A stretch of DNA of 64,000 nucleotides from Betaproteobacteria bacterium (lineage in GTDB: Bacteria > Pseudomonadota > Gammaproteobacteria > Burkholderiales > SG8-39): positions 3,667-67,666 of the forward strand of contig JBBINV010000011.1 in the NCBI GenBank assembly GCA_037443705.1, given 5' to 3'. Position 1 is the stretch's first letter, and each line of letters starts with the position of its first letter. Shown here one piece after another: positions 12,507-25,031 of the stretch. The notes beneath the pieces were generated by a model. It ran no database searches. It saw nothing but the letters and a program-made list of their open reading frames with translations, and had not been told where the DNA came from. The translations under genes and the position numbers were made by a program.

Positions 12507-13090
12507 GGACCGCTGAAGTCGCGCGCAACACGAAGGAGACGCAGATCCGCGTTCGGGTGAATCTCGACGGCGCCGGAAGGTCGAAGCTCGCGACCGGGGT
12601 GCCTTTTCTCGAGCACATGCTCGACCAGGTCGCGCGGCACGGAATGCTCGACCTCGAGATCGAGGCGAAAGGGGACCTGCACATCGACGGCCACCACACG
12701 GTGGAGGACATCGGCATCGCGCTCGGCGAGGCGCTCGCGCGTGCGCTCGGCGACAAGTCGGGGATCCGCCGCTTCGGCCATGCCTACGTCCCGCTCGATG
12801 AAGCGCTGTCGCGCGTGGTGATCGATTTTTCCGGCCGCCCGGGGCTCGAATACCACGTGAAATTCACGCGCGCCCTGATCGGCGAGTTCGACGTCGACCT
12901 GGTGCACGAGTTCTTCCAGGGGTTCGCCAACCACGCGCAGGCGACGCTGCACATCGACAATCTGCGCGGCGACAATGCGCACCACCAGTGCGAGTCCGTG
13001 TTCAAGGCATTCGCGCGCGCGCTGCGCATGGCCGCGGAGCCCGATCCGCGTGCGGCCGGGATGGTGCCCTCGACCAAGGGTTCTCTTTAG
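12503..13090 (+). CDS. hisB: Imidazoleglycerol-phosphate dehydratase
   Basis: ATG 12503; [34 protein letters not shown]. Confidence 0.96.
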   Translation: MRTAEVARNTKETQIRVRVNLDGAGRSKLATGVPFLEHMLDQVARHGMLDLEIEAKGDLHIDGHHTVEDIGIALGEALARALGDKSGIRRFGHAYVPLDEALSRVVIDFSGRPGLEYHVKFTRALIGEFDVDLVHEFFQGFANHAQATLHIDNLRGDNAHHQCESVFKAFARALRMAAEPDPRAAGMVPSTKGSL

Positions 13091-13105
13091 TCGGAGAGAT
13101 CCGCC

Positions 13106-13726
13106 GTGAGAATCGCGGTCGTGGACTACGGCATGGGCAATCTGCGCTCGGTGTCGAAAGCGATCGAGCACGTGGCGCCGCAGGCCGAGGTGCTCGTCAC
13201 CGCCGACCCGGAGGCGATCCGCGCCGCCGAGCGCGTCGTCGTGCCGGGCCAGGGCGCGATGCCGGATTGCATGCGTCAGCTCTCCGCGAGCGGAGCGCGC
13301 GCGGCGGTGATCGAGGCGACCCGCGAGAAGCCCTTCCTCGGCATCTGCGTGGGAATGCAGATGCTGTTCGAGCACGGCGAGGAGGGCGACACGCCGGGGC
13401 TTGCGCTCCTCGCGGGCGAGGTGCCGCGGTTTCCGGCGGCGAAAATGCAGGGGCTGAAAGTGCCGCACATGGGCTGGAACGAGGTGCGGCAGGAGCGTGC
13501 GCACGCGCTATGGGAGGGCATTCCGGCGGGGACGCGCTTCTATTTCGTGCACAGCTACTTCCCCGCGCCGCGCGAGAGCGCGCTCACGGCGGCGACCTGC
13601 GTGTACGGCTTGGCCTTTACCTGCGCGGTGGCGCGCGATAACATCTTCGCCGTGCAGTTTCACCCCGAGAAAAGCCAGGCCGCCGGACTGCAACTGCTTT
13701 CCAACTTCGTGCGCTGGCGCCCCTGA
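13106..13726 (+). CDS. hisH: Imidazole glycerol phosphate synthase, glutaminase subunit
   Basis: [36 protein letters not shown]. Confidence 0.96.
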   Translation: MRIAVVDYGMGNLRSVSKAIEHVAPQAEVLVTADPEAIRAAERVVVPGQGAMPDCMRQLSASGARAAVIEATREKPFLGICVGMQMLFEHGEEGDTPGLALLAGEVPRFPAAKMQGLKVPHMGWNEVRQERAHALWEGIPAGTRFYFVHSYFPAPRESALTAATCVYGLAFTCAVARDNIFAVQFHPEKSQAAGLQLLSNFVRWRP

Positions 13727-13757
13727 TTCCCGCGCGGGCGCCCGCGGCGCTCATTCC

Positions 13758-14507
13758 GTGCTGATCATTCCCGCGATCGATCTGAAGGACGGCCGCTGCG
13801 TGCGGTTGCAGCAGGGCCGCATGGACACCGCGACCGTGTTCTCCGACGACCCGGTGGCGACCGCGCGCCACTGGTCCGCGCAGGGTGCGCGCCGCCTGCA
13901 CATCGTGGATCTCAACGGCGCGGTCGCCGGGCGGCCGAAGAACGAAAAGGTGATCCGCGAAATGATCAGGGCGGTGGGCGATGCGACGCCGATCGAGCTC
14001 GGCGGCGGGATCCGCGATCTCGACACCATCGAAAGCTATCTGGATGCGGGCGTCACCTACGTCATCATCGGCACCGCCGCGGTCAAGAACCCCGGGTTCC
14101 TGCACGACGCCTGCTACGCCTTTCCCGGCCACATCATCGTGGGCCTGGACGCAAAGGACGGCAAGGTCGCGGTAGAGGGCTGGTCGAAGATGACCGGACA
14201 TGACGTCGTCGACCTCGCGAGGAAGTTCGAGGACTACGGGCTCGAGGCGCTCGTCTACACCGACATCGGGCGCGACGGCATGATGGGCGGCGTCAACATC
14301 GAGGCGACGCTCAAGCTCGCGCAGTCGACCAAGATCCCGATCATCGCTTCGGGGGGCCTGAACAGCGTCAAGGACGTCGAAGCCGTGTGCAAGACCCTGG
14401 TGCCGGAAGGCGTGATCGGCGCGATCGCTGGCCGCGCGCTCTACGAGGGCAAGCTCGAGTTCAGGAAGGCCCAGGCCGCCGCCGACAAGGCCGTCGGGAA
14501 GGGTTGA
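13758..14507 (+). CDS. hisA: ProFAR isomerase
   Basis: GTG 13758; [36 protein letters not shown]. Confidence 0.96.
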   Translation: MLIIPAIDLKDGRCVRLQQGRMDTATVFSDDPVATARHWSAQGARRLHIVDLNGAVAGRPKNEKVIREMIRAVGDATPIELGGGIRDLDTIESYLDAGVTYVIIGTAAVKNPGFLHDACYAFPGHIIVGLDAKDGKVAVEGWSKMTGHDVVDLARKFEDYGLEALVYTDIGRDGMMGGVNIEATLKLAQSTKIPIIASGGLNSVKDVEAVCKTLVPEGVIGAIAGRALYEGKLEFRKAQAAADKAVGKG

Positions 14508-14510
14508 GCC

Positions 14511-15265
<755 letters not shown>

Positions 15266-15269
<4 letters not shown>

Positions 15270-15649
15270 GCTGGCTGGACGAGGTTCCGTGGAATGAGCA
15301 TGGGCTCGTTGCCGCCGTGGCCCAGGACGCCGCCTCCGGAAGGGTCCTGACCGTCGCCTGGATGAACCGCGATGCGCTGAGGGAAACGGCCGAGAGCGGG
15401 CGCGCCGTGTACTGGTCGCGCTCGCGCGCCAGGCTCTGGCGCAAGGGCGAGGAGTCCGGCCACGTGCAGACGGTGGTGGAGATACGCCTCGATTGCGATG
15501 CCGACGCGGTGCTGCTCCAGGTCGAGCAGGCCGGCGGCATCGCCTGCCACACGGGGCGCGAACGGTGCTTCTACCGCAAACTGGAGAACGGGAGCTGGGT
15601 GACGACGGATCCGGTGCTGAAGGACCCGTCGCTCATCTACCGAAAATGA
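15266..15649 (+). CDS. hisI: Phosphoribosyl-AMP cyclohydrolase
   Basis: GTG 15266; [26 protein letters not shown]. Confidence 0.95.
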
Positions 15650-15978
15650 AGACTGGACTCTACGAGACCCTGGAGCGCCTCACGGCGGCGATCGAGGAAA
15701 GAAAGAAGGCGAGCCCGGAGCATTCGTACGTCGCGCGGCTCCTTGCCGAAGGCGACGACGGAGTGCTGAAGAAAATCGGCGAGGAGGCCACCGAGACCAT
15801 TCTCGCGGCGAAGGGCGGCGAGCGCCTCGCGATCGTGCGCGAGACCGCGGATCTCTGGTTCCATTGCCTGATCATGCTCGCGCGCCACGGGCTGGGGCCG
15901 GGCGACGTGCTCGCCGAGCTGCACCGCCGCGAGGGCATCTCGGGCCTGGACGAAAAAGCTGCGAGGAAGAAGCGATGA
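15646..15978 (+). CDS. hisE: Phosphoribosyl-ATP pyrophosphatase
   Basis: ATG 15646; [30 protein letters not shown]. Confidence 0.95.
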   Translation: MKTGLYETLERLTAAIEERKKASPEHSYVARLLAEGDDGVLKKIGEEATETILAAKGGERLAIVRETADLWFHCLIMLARHGLGPGDVLAELHRREGISGLDEKAARKKR

Positions 15979-16334
15979 GCGACCCGAATTGCGTGTTCTG
16001 CAGGATCGTGCGTGGCGAGATCCCGTCGAAGAAGGTTTACGAGGACGAGGACGTTTTCGCGTTCCACGACATCCGGCCGCAGGCGCCGGTGCATTTCATG
16101 ATCATCCCCAGGGAGCACGTCGCCACCCTTTACGAGGCGGGCATGGCCCAGCACCGGGCGCTCGGCAAGATGCTGGCGCTCTCCGGGGAGCTCGCGCGCA
16201 AGGAAGGGGCGACGGAGGGTTTTCGCATCATCCTGAACACCGGCCGGGTGGGGCATCAGGAGGTGTATCATGTTCACATGCACGTCCTCGGCGGGCCGGA
16301 TCCCCTCGGACCGATGCTCGCCCGGCGCAGATAG
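15975..16334 (+). CDS. Histidine triad (HIT) nucleotide-binding protein
   Basis: ATG 15975; [29 protein letters not shown] triad. Confidence 0.93.
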   Translation: MSDPNCVFCRIVRGEIPSKKVYEDEDVFAFHDIRPQAPVHFMIIPREHVATLYEAGMAQHRALGKMLALSGELARKEGATEGFRIILNTGRVGHQEVYHVHMHVLGGPDPLGPMLARRR

Positions 16335-16353
16335 CGGAGCAACAGGAGGCTTT

Positions 16354-16584
16354 ATGGGTTCGTTCAGCATCTGGCACTGGCTGATCGTCCTTTTGATCGT
16401 GATGCTGATTTTCGGCACCAAGAAGCTGCGCAACATGGGCGCGGATCTCGGCGGCGCCGTGCGCGGCTTCAAGGAAGGCATGCGCGAGGGCGGCGAAAAG
16501 CCCGCCGAGCCGGGCGCGGCGCCTCAGGTCACCGGCAAGACGGTCGAGGGCGAGGTCAAGGGCAGGACCGAGGCCAAGGCCTAG
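16354..16584 (+). CDS. tatA: Twin-arginine translocase TatA
   Basis: SD AGGAGG, then [39 protein letters not shown]. Confidence 0.96.
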   Translation: MGSFSIWHWLIVLLIVMLIFGTKKLRNMGADLGGAVRGFKEGMREGGEKPAEPGAAPQVTGKTVEGEVKGRTEAKA

Positions 16585-16604
16585 GGTCGCAGGGCGCAAG
16601 CGGC

Positions 16605-16628
16605 AAAGGCGCCTGCGGGCGCCTTTTT
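16605..16628 (+). terminator. Intrinsic terminator-like hairpin between tatA and tatB
   Basis: AAAGGCGCC-TGCG-GGCGCCTTTTT. Confidence 0.75.
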
Positions 16629-16648
16629 GTTCTCAGGTGACCGGGTAA

Positions 16649-16975
16649 ATGTTCGACATCGGGTTCTCGGAGCTGCTCGTGATCGGGGTGGTCGCGCTGA
16701 TCGTGATAGGCCCCGAGCGCCTGCCGCGCGTGGCGCGCACGGTCGGCCACCTCGCGGGGCGGCTGCAGCGCTACGTCGCCGACGTCAAGGCCGACATCAA
16801 CCGCGAGATCGAGCTCGAGGAGCTGCGCAAGATGCGCGACTCGGTTCAGCAGGCGGCCACGAGCATCGAGAGCTCGGTGCAGCAGGAACTGCAGAAGACC
16901 GAGACGGATCTGAACGCAGCGGCGCAGTCCGCCTTGTCGTCGGAAAAGGCGCCATCGACCGAAAAGCCCGGATGA
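16649..16975 (+). CDS. tatB: Twin-arginine translocase TatB
   Basis: [31 protein letters not shown]. Confidence 0.96.
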   Translation: MFDIGFSELLVIGVVALIVIGPERLPRVARTVGHLAGRLQRYVADVKADINREIELEELRKMRDSVQQAATSIESSVQQELQKTETDLNAAAQSALSSEKAPSTEKPG

Positions 16976-17766
16976 GCGGAACGCAGGAGACCTTTGTCTC
17001 CCACCTGATCGAGCTGCGCCAGCGCCTGATGCGCGCGCTCGTCGCGGTGCTCGTCGTGTTCGTGGGGCTTTTCCTGTGGCCCGGCGCGGGCGCCGTGTAC
17101 GACCTGCTCGCGGCGCCGCTGATGCACGCGTTGCCCGAGGGCACCCGGATGATCGCGACCGGCGTGATCACGCCGTTCATGGTGCCGATGAAGGTCACGG
17201 CGCTCGCCGCCTTCCTGATCGCGCTGCCCTACGTGCTCTGGCAGGCGTGGGCGTTCGTCGCGCCGGGCCTGTACGAGCACGAGAAGAAGCTCGCGGGGCC
17301 GATCGTGGTGAGCGCGACGCTGCTCTTTTTCCTCGGCATCGCGTTCTGCTATTTCTTCGTGTTCGGCAAGGTGTTCGCCTTCATCCACGACTTCGCGCCC
17401 AGGTCGATCACGCCGGCGCCCGACATCGAGGCGTATTTCTCGTTCGTGATCACGATGTTCCTTGCCTTCGGGGTCACCTTCGAGATCCCGATCGTCGTGA
17501 TCCTGCTCGCGCGCTTCGGCATCGTGAGCTTCGAAAAGCTGAAGTCCGCGCGTCCGTATGTGGTCGTGGGCGCCTTCATCGTCGCTGCGGTGGTCACGCC
17601 GCCGGACGTGCTCTCGCAGTTCATGCTCGCGGTGCCGATGTGCCTGCTCTACGAGGCCGGGCTGCTGCTCGCGCGCTTCGTGGGCAGGCGCGCCGAAGGA
17701 ACCTCGGACTACAAGCCGCTCACCGCCGAGGAGATGGAGCGCGAGCTCGACCGGGCCGACAGATAA
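16972..17766 (+). CDS. tatC: Twin-arginine translocase TatC
   Basis: ATG 16972; [30 protein letters not shown]...A.PM.LLYE. Confidence 0.96.
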   Translation: MSGTQETFVSHLIELRQRLMRALVAVLVVFVGLFLWPGAGAVYDLLAAPLMHALPEGTRMIATGVITPFMVPMKVTALAAFLIALPYVLWQAWAFVAPGLYEHEKKLAGPIVVSATLLFFLGIAFCYFFVFGKVFAFIHDFAPRSITPAPDIEAYFSFVITMFLAFGVTFEIPIVVILLARFGIVSFEKLKSARPYVVVGAFIVAAVVTPPDVLSQFMLAVPMCLLYEAGLLLARFVGRRAEGTSDYKPLTAEEMERELDRADR

Positions 17767-17768
17767 CT

Positions 17769-17821
17769 GGGGTCAGACTCGACTTTCCCTTGCTCCGCTT
17801 TTCGGGAAGTCGAGTCTGACC
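17769..17821. repeat. Long-arm palindromic element, subtype B (GGGGTCAGACTCGACTT core)
   Basis: Perfect 15-bp arms GGTCAGACTCGACTT (17771-17785) and AAGTCGAGTCTGACC (17807-17821), between convergent genes; second copy at 46451. Confidence 0.85.
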
Positions 17822-17825
17822 GCAT

Positions 17826-18665
17826 CTATTTTCCGTTGAGGAATCGCTCTACGAGCTGAAGCTGCTCGGGGACGTTGAGCGCCGGCGCGTGGCCGCAGCC
17901 GGGAATCGTGACCACCACCGCGCGCGGGCCGCGGCGGCGCATTTCCTCGGCGACCTCCGGGAGCAGCAGGTCGGAGGATTCGCCGCGAAGGCACAGCGTC
18001 GGCACCGAGATCGCGTCGTACGCGTCCCACTGGTCGTAGTCGTTCGGGTAGTTCGTGAACTGCAGCACCATCCTCGGATCGTAGTGCGGGGTGACCTTGC
18101 CCTCGGCGGTGCGCCGGGTCGAGGTTTCGGTGAGCCGGCGCCACTGCTCGTCGGACAACCAGCCGAAGGGCTGGTACACCGTGCGAAAGTACTGCTCGAG
18201 CTCGCCGACGCGCGCGAACCGCGCCGGGTTGCCGGCGTAGGTGCGGATGCGCTCGACCGCCGCCTCGCCCAGCTTCGGCCCGATGTCGTTCAGCACCAGG
18301 CGCCGGATGCGCCCTTTCAGCGCGCCGGCGGCAAGGTGGATGCCGAGCGCGCCGCCCATCGAGGTGCCGAGCCAGTGCACCTCGCCGATGCCGAGCCGGT
18401 CCATGAGCGACACGGCCAGGCGCCCGTAAAACGCCAGGCAATACTCCTTCTCCGGTACCGTGCTCCACTCCGAGAGCCCGCGCCCGATGGTATCGGGGCA
18501 AAGGACACGGTAGCGCTGCGAAAGGTGCGCCGCGATCTCGTCCATGTCACGCCCGGTGCGCGCCAGGCCGTGCCACGCGATCACGGTCTCGGAATGGCCC
18601 GCACCCCACTCGGTGTAATGGATCTCGCGGCCTTCGCAGACGAGATAGTTCGATGTGAAGTTCAT
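17826..18665 (-). CDS. Alpha/beta hydrolase resembling PhaZc/PhaY 3-hydroxybutyrate-oligomer hydrolases
   Basis: ATG 18665; HGLARTGRD, CPD..GRG.SEW, nucleophile GTSMGG, LNDIGPKL, RGESSDLL, GHAP. These motifs match my recollection of Cupriavidus PhaZc. Confidence 0.8.
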   Translation of the reverse strand: MNFTSNYLVCEGREIHYTEWGAGHSETVIAWHGLARTGRDMDEIAAHLSQRYRVLCPDTIGRGLSEWSTVPEKEYCLAFYGRLAVSLMDRLGIGEVHWLGTSMGGALGIHLAAGALKGRIRRLVLNDIGPKLGEAAVERIRTYAGNPARFARVGELEQYFRTVYQPFGWLSDEQWRRLTETSTRRTAEGKVTPHYDPRMVLQFTNYPNDYDQWDAYDAISVPTLCLRGESSDLLLPEVAEEMRRRGPRAVVVTIPGCGHAPALNVPEQLQLVERFLNGK

Positions 18666-19669
18666 CGGGCGCGCAGTTTGCCCACGATCCCGGCCGGGAA
18701 GTAATACACGCATACGATGAAGAGCACGCCGAGCCACAGGAGCCACCGGTCGGGGTGAAGCAGGTTCGGGAGCAGCGGCACGCCCTGCGCCGCACCGCTC
18801 GCGAACTTCATCAGGTCCTGAAGGTAGTTCTGCGCGACGACGAAGATCGTCGCGCCCACCGCCGAGCCGTACATCGTGCCCATGCCGCCGATGACGACCA
18901 TCAGCAGGATGTCGATCATGATGTTGAACGAGAGCGTCGTGTCCGGCCCGGTGTAGCGCAGCCAGATCGCGTACAGCACGCCCGCGAGCGTCGCGCCGAG
19001 CGCGCCGATGCAGTTGGCCGCGGTACGGTAGGTGACGGTGCGGTAGCCGAGGGCCTCCGAGCGGAACTCGTTCTCCCGGATCGAGAGCAGCACGCGGCCG
19101 AACGGCGAATTGACGATCCGCAGCAGCACGAGGAAAAGCGCGAGCGCGGCGACGAAAACGAGGTAGTAGCAGGCGAGACGCGAATGCAGCAGCTCGGGCA
19201 GGCGATAGGTGAGCCCGTCCTCGCCGCCGGTGAGCCCGGAGAGCTGCGAGGCGAGGATCTGGAAGAAGGACGCCACCGCGAGCGTGATCATCGCGAAGAA
19301 GATCGCGCGAACGCGCAGGCTCAGCAGCCCGATCGCGAGCGCGAGCACGGCGGACGCGAGCAGCGCGAGGGCAATGCCGAGCGCGAGGCTGCCCCACCCG
19401 GTGCCGAGCTTCGCCATGGCGATGCCGACCCCATAGCCGCCGATGCCGAAGAACATCGTGTGCGCGAACGACACGATTCCGGTATAGCCGAGCAGCAGGT
19501 CGTAGCTCGCCACGAGGAGCACGAACACCGCGACCTTGGCCGCGACGTTGAGCGAGCGCGTGCCGGGAAAGACGAACGGCGCGAGCGCGAGGCCCGCGAG
19601 GATCGCGACCAGCACCACCGCGAGGGCGCGGCTGCGCGGATAGTCGCCGGATAGGAGCGCGGTCAGCAC
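18662..19669 (-). CDS. HAAT/LIV-type ABC permease (LivM-like)
   Basis: YDLLLGYTGIVSFAH, SPFGRVL..IRENE.R.EALGY, VIGG.GT. Confidence 0.9.
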   Translation of the reverse strand: MLTALLSGDYPRSRALAVVLVAILAGLALAPFVFPGTRSLNVAAKVAVFVLLVASYDLLLGYTGIVSFAHTMFFGIGGYGVGIAMAKLGTGWGSLALGIALALLASAVLALAIGLLSLRVRAIFFAMITLAVASFFQILASQLSGLTGGEDGLTYRLPELLHSRLACYYLVFVAALALFLVLLRIVNSPFGRVLLSIRENEFRSEALGYRTVTYRTAANCIGALGATLAGVLYAIWLRYTGPDTTLSFNIMIDILLMVVIGGMGTMYGSAVGATIFVVAQNYLQDLMKFASGAAQGVPLLPNLLHPDRWLLWLGVLFIVCVYYFPAGIVGKLRAR

Positions 19670-19672
19670 GGT

Positions 19673-20674
19673 TCAGGCCTTTCCGATCGGGTAGAGTCCG
19701 CGCGGGCGCCACAGGAGCACGAGCACCATGAGCAGGATGTTCGAGCCGAGGGCGAGCTTGGGTGCGAGGTAGCCCGTGTAGTTCGCGACCAGGCCCACGA
19801 GCAGCGCGCCCACGAAGCAGCCGCCAACGGAGCCTAGGCCGCCGATGATCAGCACGATGAAGAGCACCACCATCATCTGCATGCCGATCTGGGCGTTGAC
19901 CGACTCCTGATAGAGCGCCCACATCACGCCGCCCAGGCCCGCGAGCGCGCTCCCGGCGACGAATACGCCGATGAAGAGCCGGCGGATCCGGTAGCCGAGA
20001 GATTCGACCATCTCGGCGTTCTCCACGCCGGCCCGGATGAGCAACCCCAGTCGCGTGCGGTTGAGTACCAGCCACATCGCCACGAACACCACGATGCCGA
20101 CCAGCACCGCGAGCAGGCGGTAGCGCTCGATCGCCGCGTCGGCGACGATGAACGACCCCGTGATCGTCGCCGGCCGCGGCACCGGGATGATGTCGGGTCC
20201 CCAGACGACATGGATGAGCTGCTCGACCACGATCAGCCCGCCCATGGTGACGAGGATTTGCCGCAGATGATCGCCGTAGACCGGGCGGATCACGACGCGC
20301 TCGAAGAACCAGCCGAGGAACCCCGCCAGCGCCATAGCGGCGAGCAAGGCGGGAAGGATCGCGGACAGGTTCGCGCCGAGGCTCGGCGCCTGCATCGAGG
20401 CCTTCATCGCCACGAGCACCGAAGTCGCGGCATAGGCGCCGACCGAGATGAACACGCCGTGCGCGAAATTCATCACGTCCATGAGCCCGAAGACGAGCGT
20501 CAGCCCCGCGGCCATCATGAAGATCATCATGCCCATCGCGAGGCCCGCGACCGTGAGCGTCACCCAGGTCGGCAGGCTCGGCATGAAGGGCAGCGCAACG
20601 AGCGCGAGCGCCGGAATGAGCGCGAGCGGCAGCCAGTCGAGCCGCTGCGCGGGAACGGCGGTGCCGGCGCTCAT
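19673..20674 (-). CDS. HAAT/LIV-type ABC permease (LivH-like)
   Basis: ATG 20674; AAGLTLVFGLMDVMNFAHG, RTRLGL.IRA..EN, IIGGLGS. Confidence 0.9.
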   Translation of the reverse strand: MSAGTAVPAQRLDWLPLALIPALALVALPFMPSLPTWVTLTVAGLAMGMMIFMMAAGLTLVFGLMDVMNFAHGVFISVGAYAATSVLVAMKASMQAPSLGANLSAILPALLAAMALAGFLGWFFERVVIRPVYGDHLRQILVTMGGLIVVEQLIHVVWGPDIIPVPRPATITGSFIVADAAIERYRLLAVLVGIVVFVAMWLVLNRTRLGLLIRAGVENAEMVESLGYRIRRLFIGVFVAGSALAGLGGVMWALYQESVNAQIGMQMMVVLFIVLIIGGLGSVGGCFVGALLVGLVANYTGYLAPKLALGSNILLMVLVLLWRPRGLYPIGKA

Positions 20675-21399
20675 TGGTGCACGTCGAGCGAAAGACCGAG
20701 GAGCTTCTGCTGCAGCGGCTCGTCGGCGGCGAGCGCGTCCATGCGGCCGGTGTGCACGATGCGGCCCGAATCCATCACCGCGACCGTGTCCCCGAGCGAG
20801 CGCGCGAAGTGAAAGTTCTGTTCCACCACCAGCAGGCTCGCCTCGCTGCGCTTGAGCTCCCGGAAGGCCTCGATCATGTTGGCGATGATCGAGGGCGCGA
20901 GGCCCTTGGTCGGCTCGTCCACGAGCAGAAGCTTTCTGGGCTCCACGATGGCGCGCGAGATCGCGAGCATCTGCTTCTGTCCACCGGAGAGGTTTCCCGC
21001 GAGCCCGTTCCAGAACTTCTTCATCGCGGGGAAGAGCCCGAAGATCCACTCGAGGCGTTTTTCGTCCGGTGGCCCGCCGCGCGCCGCGAGCGTCAGGTTC
21101 TCGCGCACCGTCAGCCCGGCGAAGATGCCCATGTTCTCCGGCACGTAGGCGATGCCCAGCTGCGCGAGCTCGGGCGTCGGCGTACGCGTGATCTCGCGGC
21201 CGTCGTAGCGGATCGCTCCCGCCGAGGCCCTCCACAAGCCCATGATGGTGCGAAGCGCGGTAGTCTTGCCGGCGCCGTTGCGGCCGAGGAGCATGGTAAG
21301 CCCCCCTCGCGCCACCTCGAAGTCGACGCCTTGCAGGATGTGGTACTGGCCAACGTGCGTGTTGACGCCGGCGAGCGAAAGGAGCGGCTCACGAGGCAC
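20671..21399 (-). CDS. HAAT/LIV-type ABC ATPase (LivF-like)
   Basis: Probable GTG 21399; GRNGAGKTT, LSGGQKQML, LVDEPTKGLAP. Confidence 0.9.
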   Translation of the reverse strand: MPREPLLSLAGVNTHVGQYHILQGVDFEVARGGLTMLLGRNGAGKTTALRTIMGLWRASAGAIRYDGREITRTPTPELAQLGIAYVPENMGIFAGLTVRENLTLAARGGPPDEKRLEWIFGLFPAMKKFWNGLAGNLSGGQKQMLAISRAIVEPRKLLLVDEPTKGLAPSIIANMIEAFRELKRSEASLLVVEQNFHFARSLGDTVAVMDSGRIVHTGRMDALAADEPLQQKLLGLSLDVHQ

Positions 21400-22168
21400 G
21401 CGCGGCCGCCTTCGCAAGGCCGAGGTAGGCCTCCTGCACGATCGGCGAGGCGATCACCGTTTCGGGATCGCCATCGGCGACGAGTTCCCCCTGGTGCAGC
21501 ACGACGATGCGGTCGGCGAGCGAGCGCACCACGTCCATCTTGTGCTCGACGAGCAGGATCGTCTTGTCGCCCCGGGCCTTGACGTGGTGGATCAGTTCGA
21601 GCACCACCGGCACTTCGTCGACGCTCATGCCGGCGGTGGGCTCGTCGAACATGAAGACGTCGGGCTCGAGCGCGAGCAGGATCGCGACCTCGAGCTTTCT
21701 CTGATCGCCGTGCGGCAACGTCGCAGCCACGGCGTCGCGCCTGTCGGCGAGCGCCACGCGGTGCAGGAAGTGCTCGGCTTTCTCCACGAGCTCGGTATGG
21801 CCGCGCCACATCGAGAAGACGTCCTTGCCGACGCCCGCGCGTGCCTGCACCGCGAGGCGCACGTTCTCGAGCACGGTAAGGCGCGGGAAGAGGTTGGTGA
21901 GCTGGAAGGCGCGGCCGATACCGCGCCGGGCGCGCTGCGGCGCGGAGAGCCCGCTGATGTCCTTGCCGAAGAGCGACACGCGCCCGTCCGTGGCCTTCAG
22001 CTGGCCCGATATGAGGTTGAAGTACGTGGTCTTGCCGGCGCCGTTCGGGCCCACGATCGCGGTGAGCGTCCCCGGCCGGAAGGCGCAGGAGACGTTGTTC
22101 ACCGCGACGTGGCCGCCGAAGCGGATCGTCAGGCCGTGCGTTTCCAGGACCGGGTGCTCTTGGGACAT
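21389..22168 (-). CDS. HAAT/LIV-type ABC ATPase (LivG-like)
   Basis: ATG 22168; GPNGAGKTT, LPHGDQRKLE, DEPTAG, EHKMD. Confidence 0.9.
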   Translation of the reverse strand: MSQEHPVLETHGLTIRFGGHVAVNNVSCAFRPGTLTAIVGPNGAGKTTYFNLISGQLKATDGRVSLFGKDISGLSAPQRARRGIGRAFQLTNLFPRLTVLENVRLAVQARAGVGKDVFSMWRGHTELVEKAEHFLHRVALADRRDAVAATLPHGDQRKLEVAILLALEPDVFMFDEPTAGMSVDEVPVVLELIHHVKARGDKTILLVEHKMDVVRSLADRIVVLHQGELVADGDPETVIASPIVQEAYLGLAKAAARAS

Positions 22169-22171
22169 GGG

Positions 22172-22230
22172 CGCCGCCCCCGTGGAAGCGGGGGCCCGCG
22201 ATCTGGATTCCCGCTTTCGCGGGAATGACG
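22172..22230. repeat. Inverted REP doublet (BIME-like)
   Basis: CGCCGCCCCCGTGGAAGCGGGGGCCC followed by CTGGATTCCCGCTTTCGCGGGAATGACG (reverse complement CGTCATTCCCGCGAAAGCGGGAATCCAG, a classic proteobacterial REP/dRS3-type sequence); lies after the binding-protein gene. Confidence 0.8.
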
Positions 22231-22236
22231 TCTTCG

Positions 22237-23427
22237 CTAGCGCTTCACCCGAATCGGAACCTTCATCTCCTCGGGCCTGATCTCGCGCACGAGCTCGGGG
22301 ATCGCCCAGGCGACGTTCGGATCGACCTTGATCTTGAAGTGGAACATGGACTGCATCGCCTGGTGGTCTTCCTTGCGGAAGGTCATGCGGCCCTTGGGCG
22401 TCTCGAAGGACAGGCCCTCCATGGCGGCGATCAGCTTCTCGGTGTCGGTCGAGCCCGCCTTCCTGATCGCTTCCACGATCGCGATGCCGGCTGACATTCC
22501 GCCTGCGGTGAAGAAATCGGGCGGCGACTTGAAGCGTGCCTGATGCTCCTTCACCAGCCACTGGTTGACCGGGTTCTTCGGGTGCTCGTAGTAGTAGTAG
22601 GTCGCGCCTTCCATGCCGGGAAGGGCCTTGTAGCTCGCGAGCGCGGGCAGGATGTTGCCGCCGGTAGCGATCTCGATGCCGAAACGGCCGGGATTGAGCT
22701 CGGCGAGCTTGAACGGGTTGCCGCCGCCGCCCGCCCAGATGATGAAGATCACCTTGCGGCCCTTCTTGTCCTTGAGGGCGTTGAACAGCCGCTCGCCGGG
22801 CGCGGTGAAGTCGCTGGTCGCGACCGGGGCGTACTCCTCGTGAATGATTTCGGCTCCGGTTCCGGCGAGCGCTTCCTTGAACGCCTTCACGCCGTCACGA
22901 CCGAACGCGTAGTCCTGCGCGAGCGTCGCGATCACGGTGTTGGGCTTGCCGAGCGCGACCGCGTTCGAGATCGCGTCCTGGCTCGAGGAGCGGCCGGTGC
23001 GGAAGATGTAGCGGTTCCATTTGTCGCCGGTGATCGCGTCCGCCACCGCGGGCTCGACGAGCAGGATCTTCTTGTACTCCTCCGCCACCGGCAGCATCGC
23101 GAGCGCCACCCCCGAGCCGGTCGGGCCGACCGCGATGTCCGCCTTGTCGTCGCCGAAGGCGGCGGCGAGCTGCGCCTTGCCGACGTCGGGCTTGAACTGG
23201 CTGTCCTTCTCGATCACGACCAGCTTGCGGCCAAGGACTTCCATCTTGCCGCCGGTCGCGTACTCCAGGCCCATCATGAGGCCCGCCTGCGTCTGCTTGG
23301 CGTAGGCCTCCAGCACCCCCGTTTTGTCGTACACGTGGGCGATCTTGATTTCCTTCGTCTGCCCGAAGGCGAGGCTGGTCGCTGCGGCCAGAATGCCTGC
23401 GGCGAACCAATTCCGCGTTGCTTTCAT
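22237..23427 (-). CDS. Periplasmic substrate-binding protein, HAAT family
   Basis: SD AGGAGGAG, ATG 23427; signal peptide; IKIAHVYDKTG.LEAY; DYAFGRDG; GL.FETPKG. Confidence 0.9.
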   Translation of the reverse strand: MKATRNWFAAGILAAATSLAFGQTKEIKIAHVYDKTGVLEAYAKQTQAGLMMGLEYATGGKMEVLGRKLVVIEKDSQFKPDVGKAQLAAAFGDDKADIAVGPTGSGVALAMLPVAEEYKKILLVEPAVADAITGDKWNRYIFRTGRSSSQDAISNAVALGKPNTVIATLAQDYAFGRDGVKAFKEALAGTGAEIIHEEYAPVATSDFTAPGERLFNALKDKKGRKVIFIIWAGGGGNPFKLAELNPGRFGIEIATGGNILPALASYKALPGMEGATYYYYEHPKNPVNQWLVKEHQARFKSPPDFFTAGGMSAGIAIVEAIRKAGSTDTEKLIAAMEGLSFETPKGRMTFRKEDHQAMQSMFHFKIKVDPNVAWAIPELVREIRPEEMKVPIRVKR

Positions 23428-23464
23428 GCTCTCCTCCTGAATAACGGCGATGCGAAGGCCAATG

Positions 23465-23480
23465 AGCATCCGGCGTGCCA
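23465..23480 (-). promoter_or_regulatory. Sigma-54 (-24/-12) promoter of the ABC/hydrolase operon
   Basis: Minus strand TGGCACGCCGGATGCT: GG-N10-GC with consensus TGGCAC, 37 nt upstream of ATG 23427; adjacent to a sigma-54 activator gene. Confidence 0.85.
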
Positions 23481-23578
23481 GGTCATTCATGGCGTTGTTT
23501 TTACGTTATTCTTTTCGATGTAAGCGAACACTTCAGGTCTCGACTGTACAGAATACCGACAATGCCGCATCGGCGCAT

Positions 23579-23603
23579 GTCTGGAAATCATCCAGACTGT
23601 CTT

Positions 23604-23617
<14 letters not shown>
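23579..23617. promoter_or_regulatory. Candidate upstream activator (enhancer) sites
   Basis: Two abutting palindromes, GTCTGGA-N5-TCCAGAC (23579-23597) and GACTGTC-N9-GACAGTC (23595-23617, containing TGT-N11-ACA), about 100-135 bp upstream of the -24 box. Confidence 0.6.

Positions 23618-25027
<1,410 letters not shown>

Positions 25028-25031
<4 letters not shown>

Noticed and set aside
17826-23427. Assigning livKHMGF gene symbols
   Set aside because: Family membership is clear, but substrate is not; the context argues against branched-chain amino acids, so symbols were withheld.
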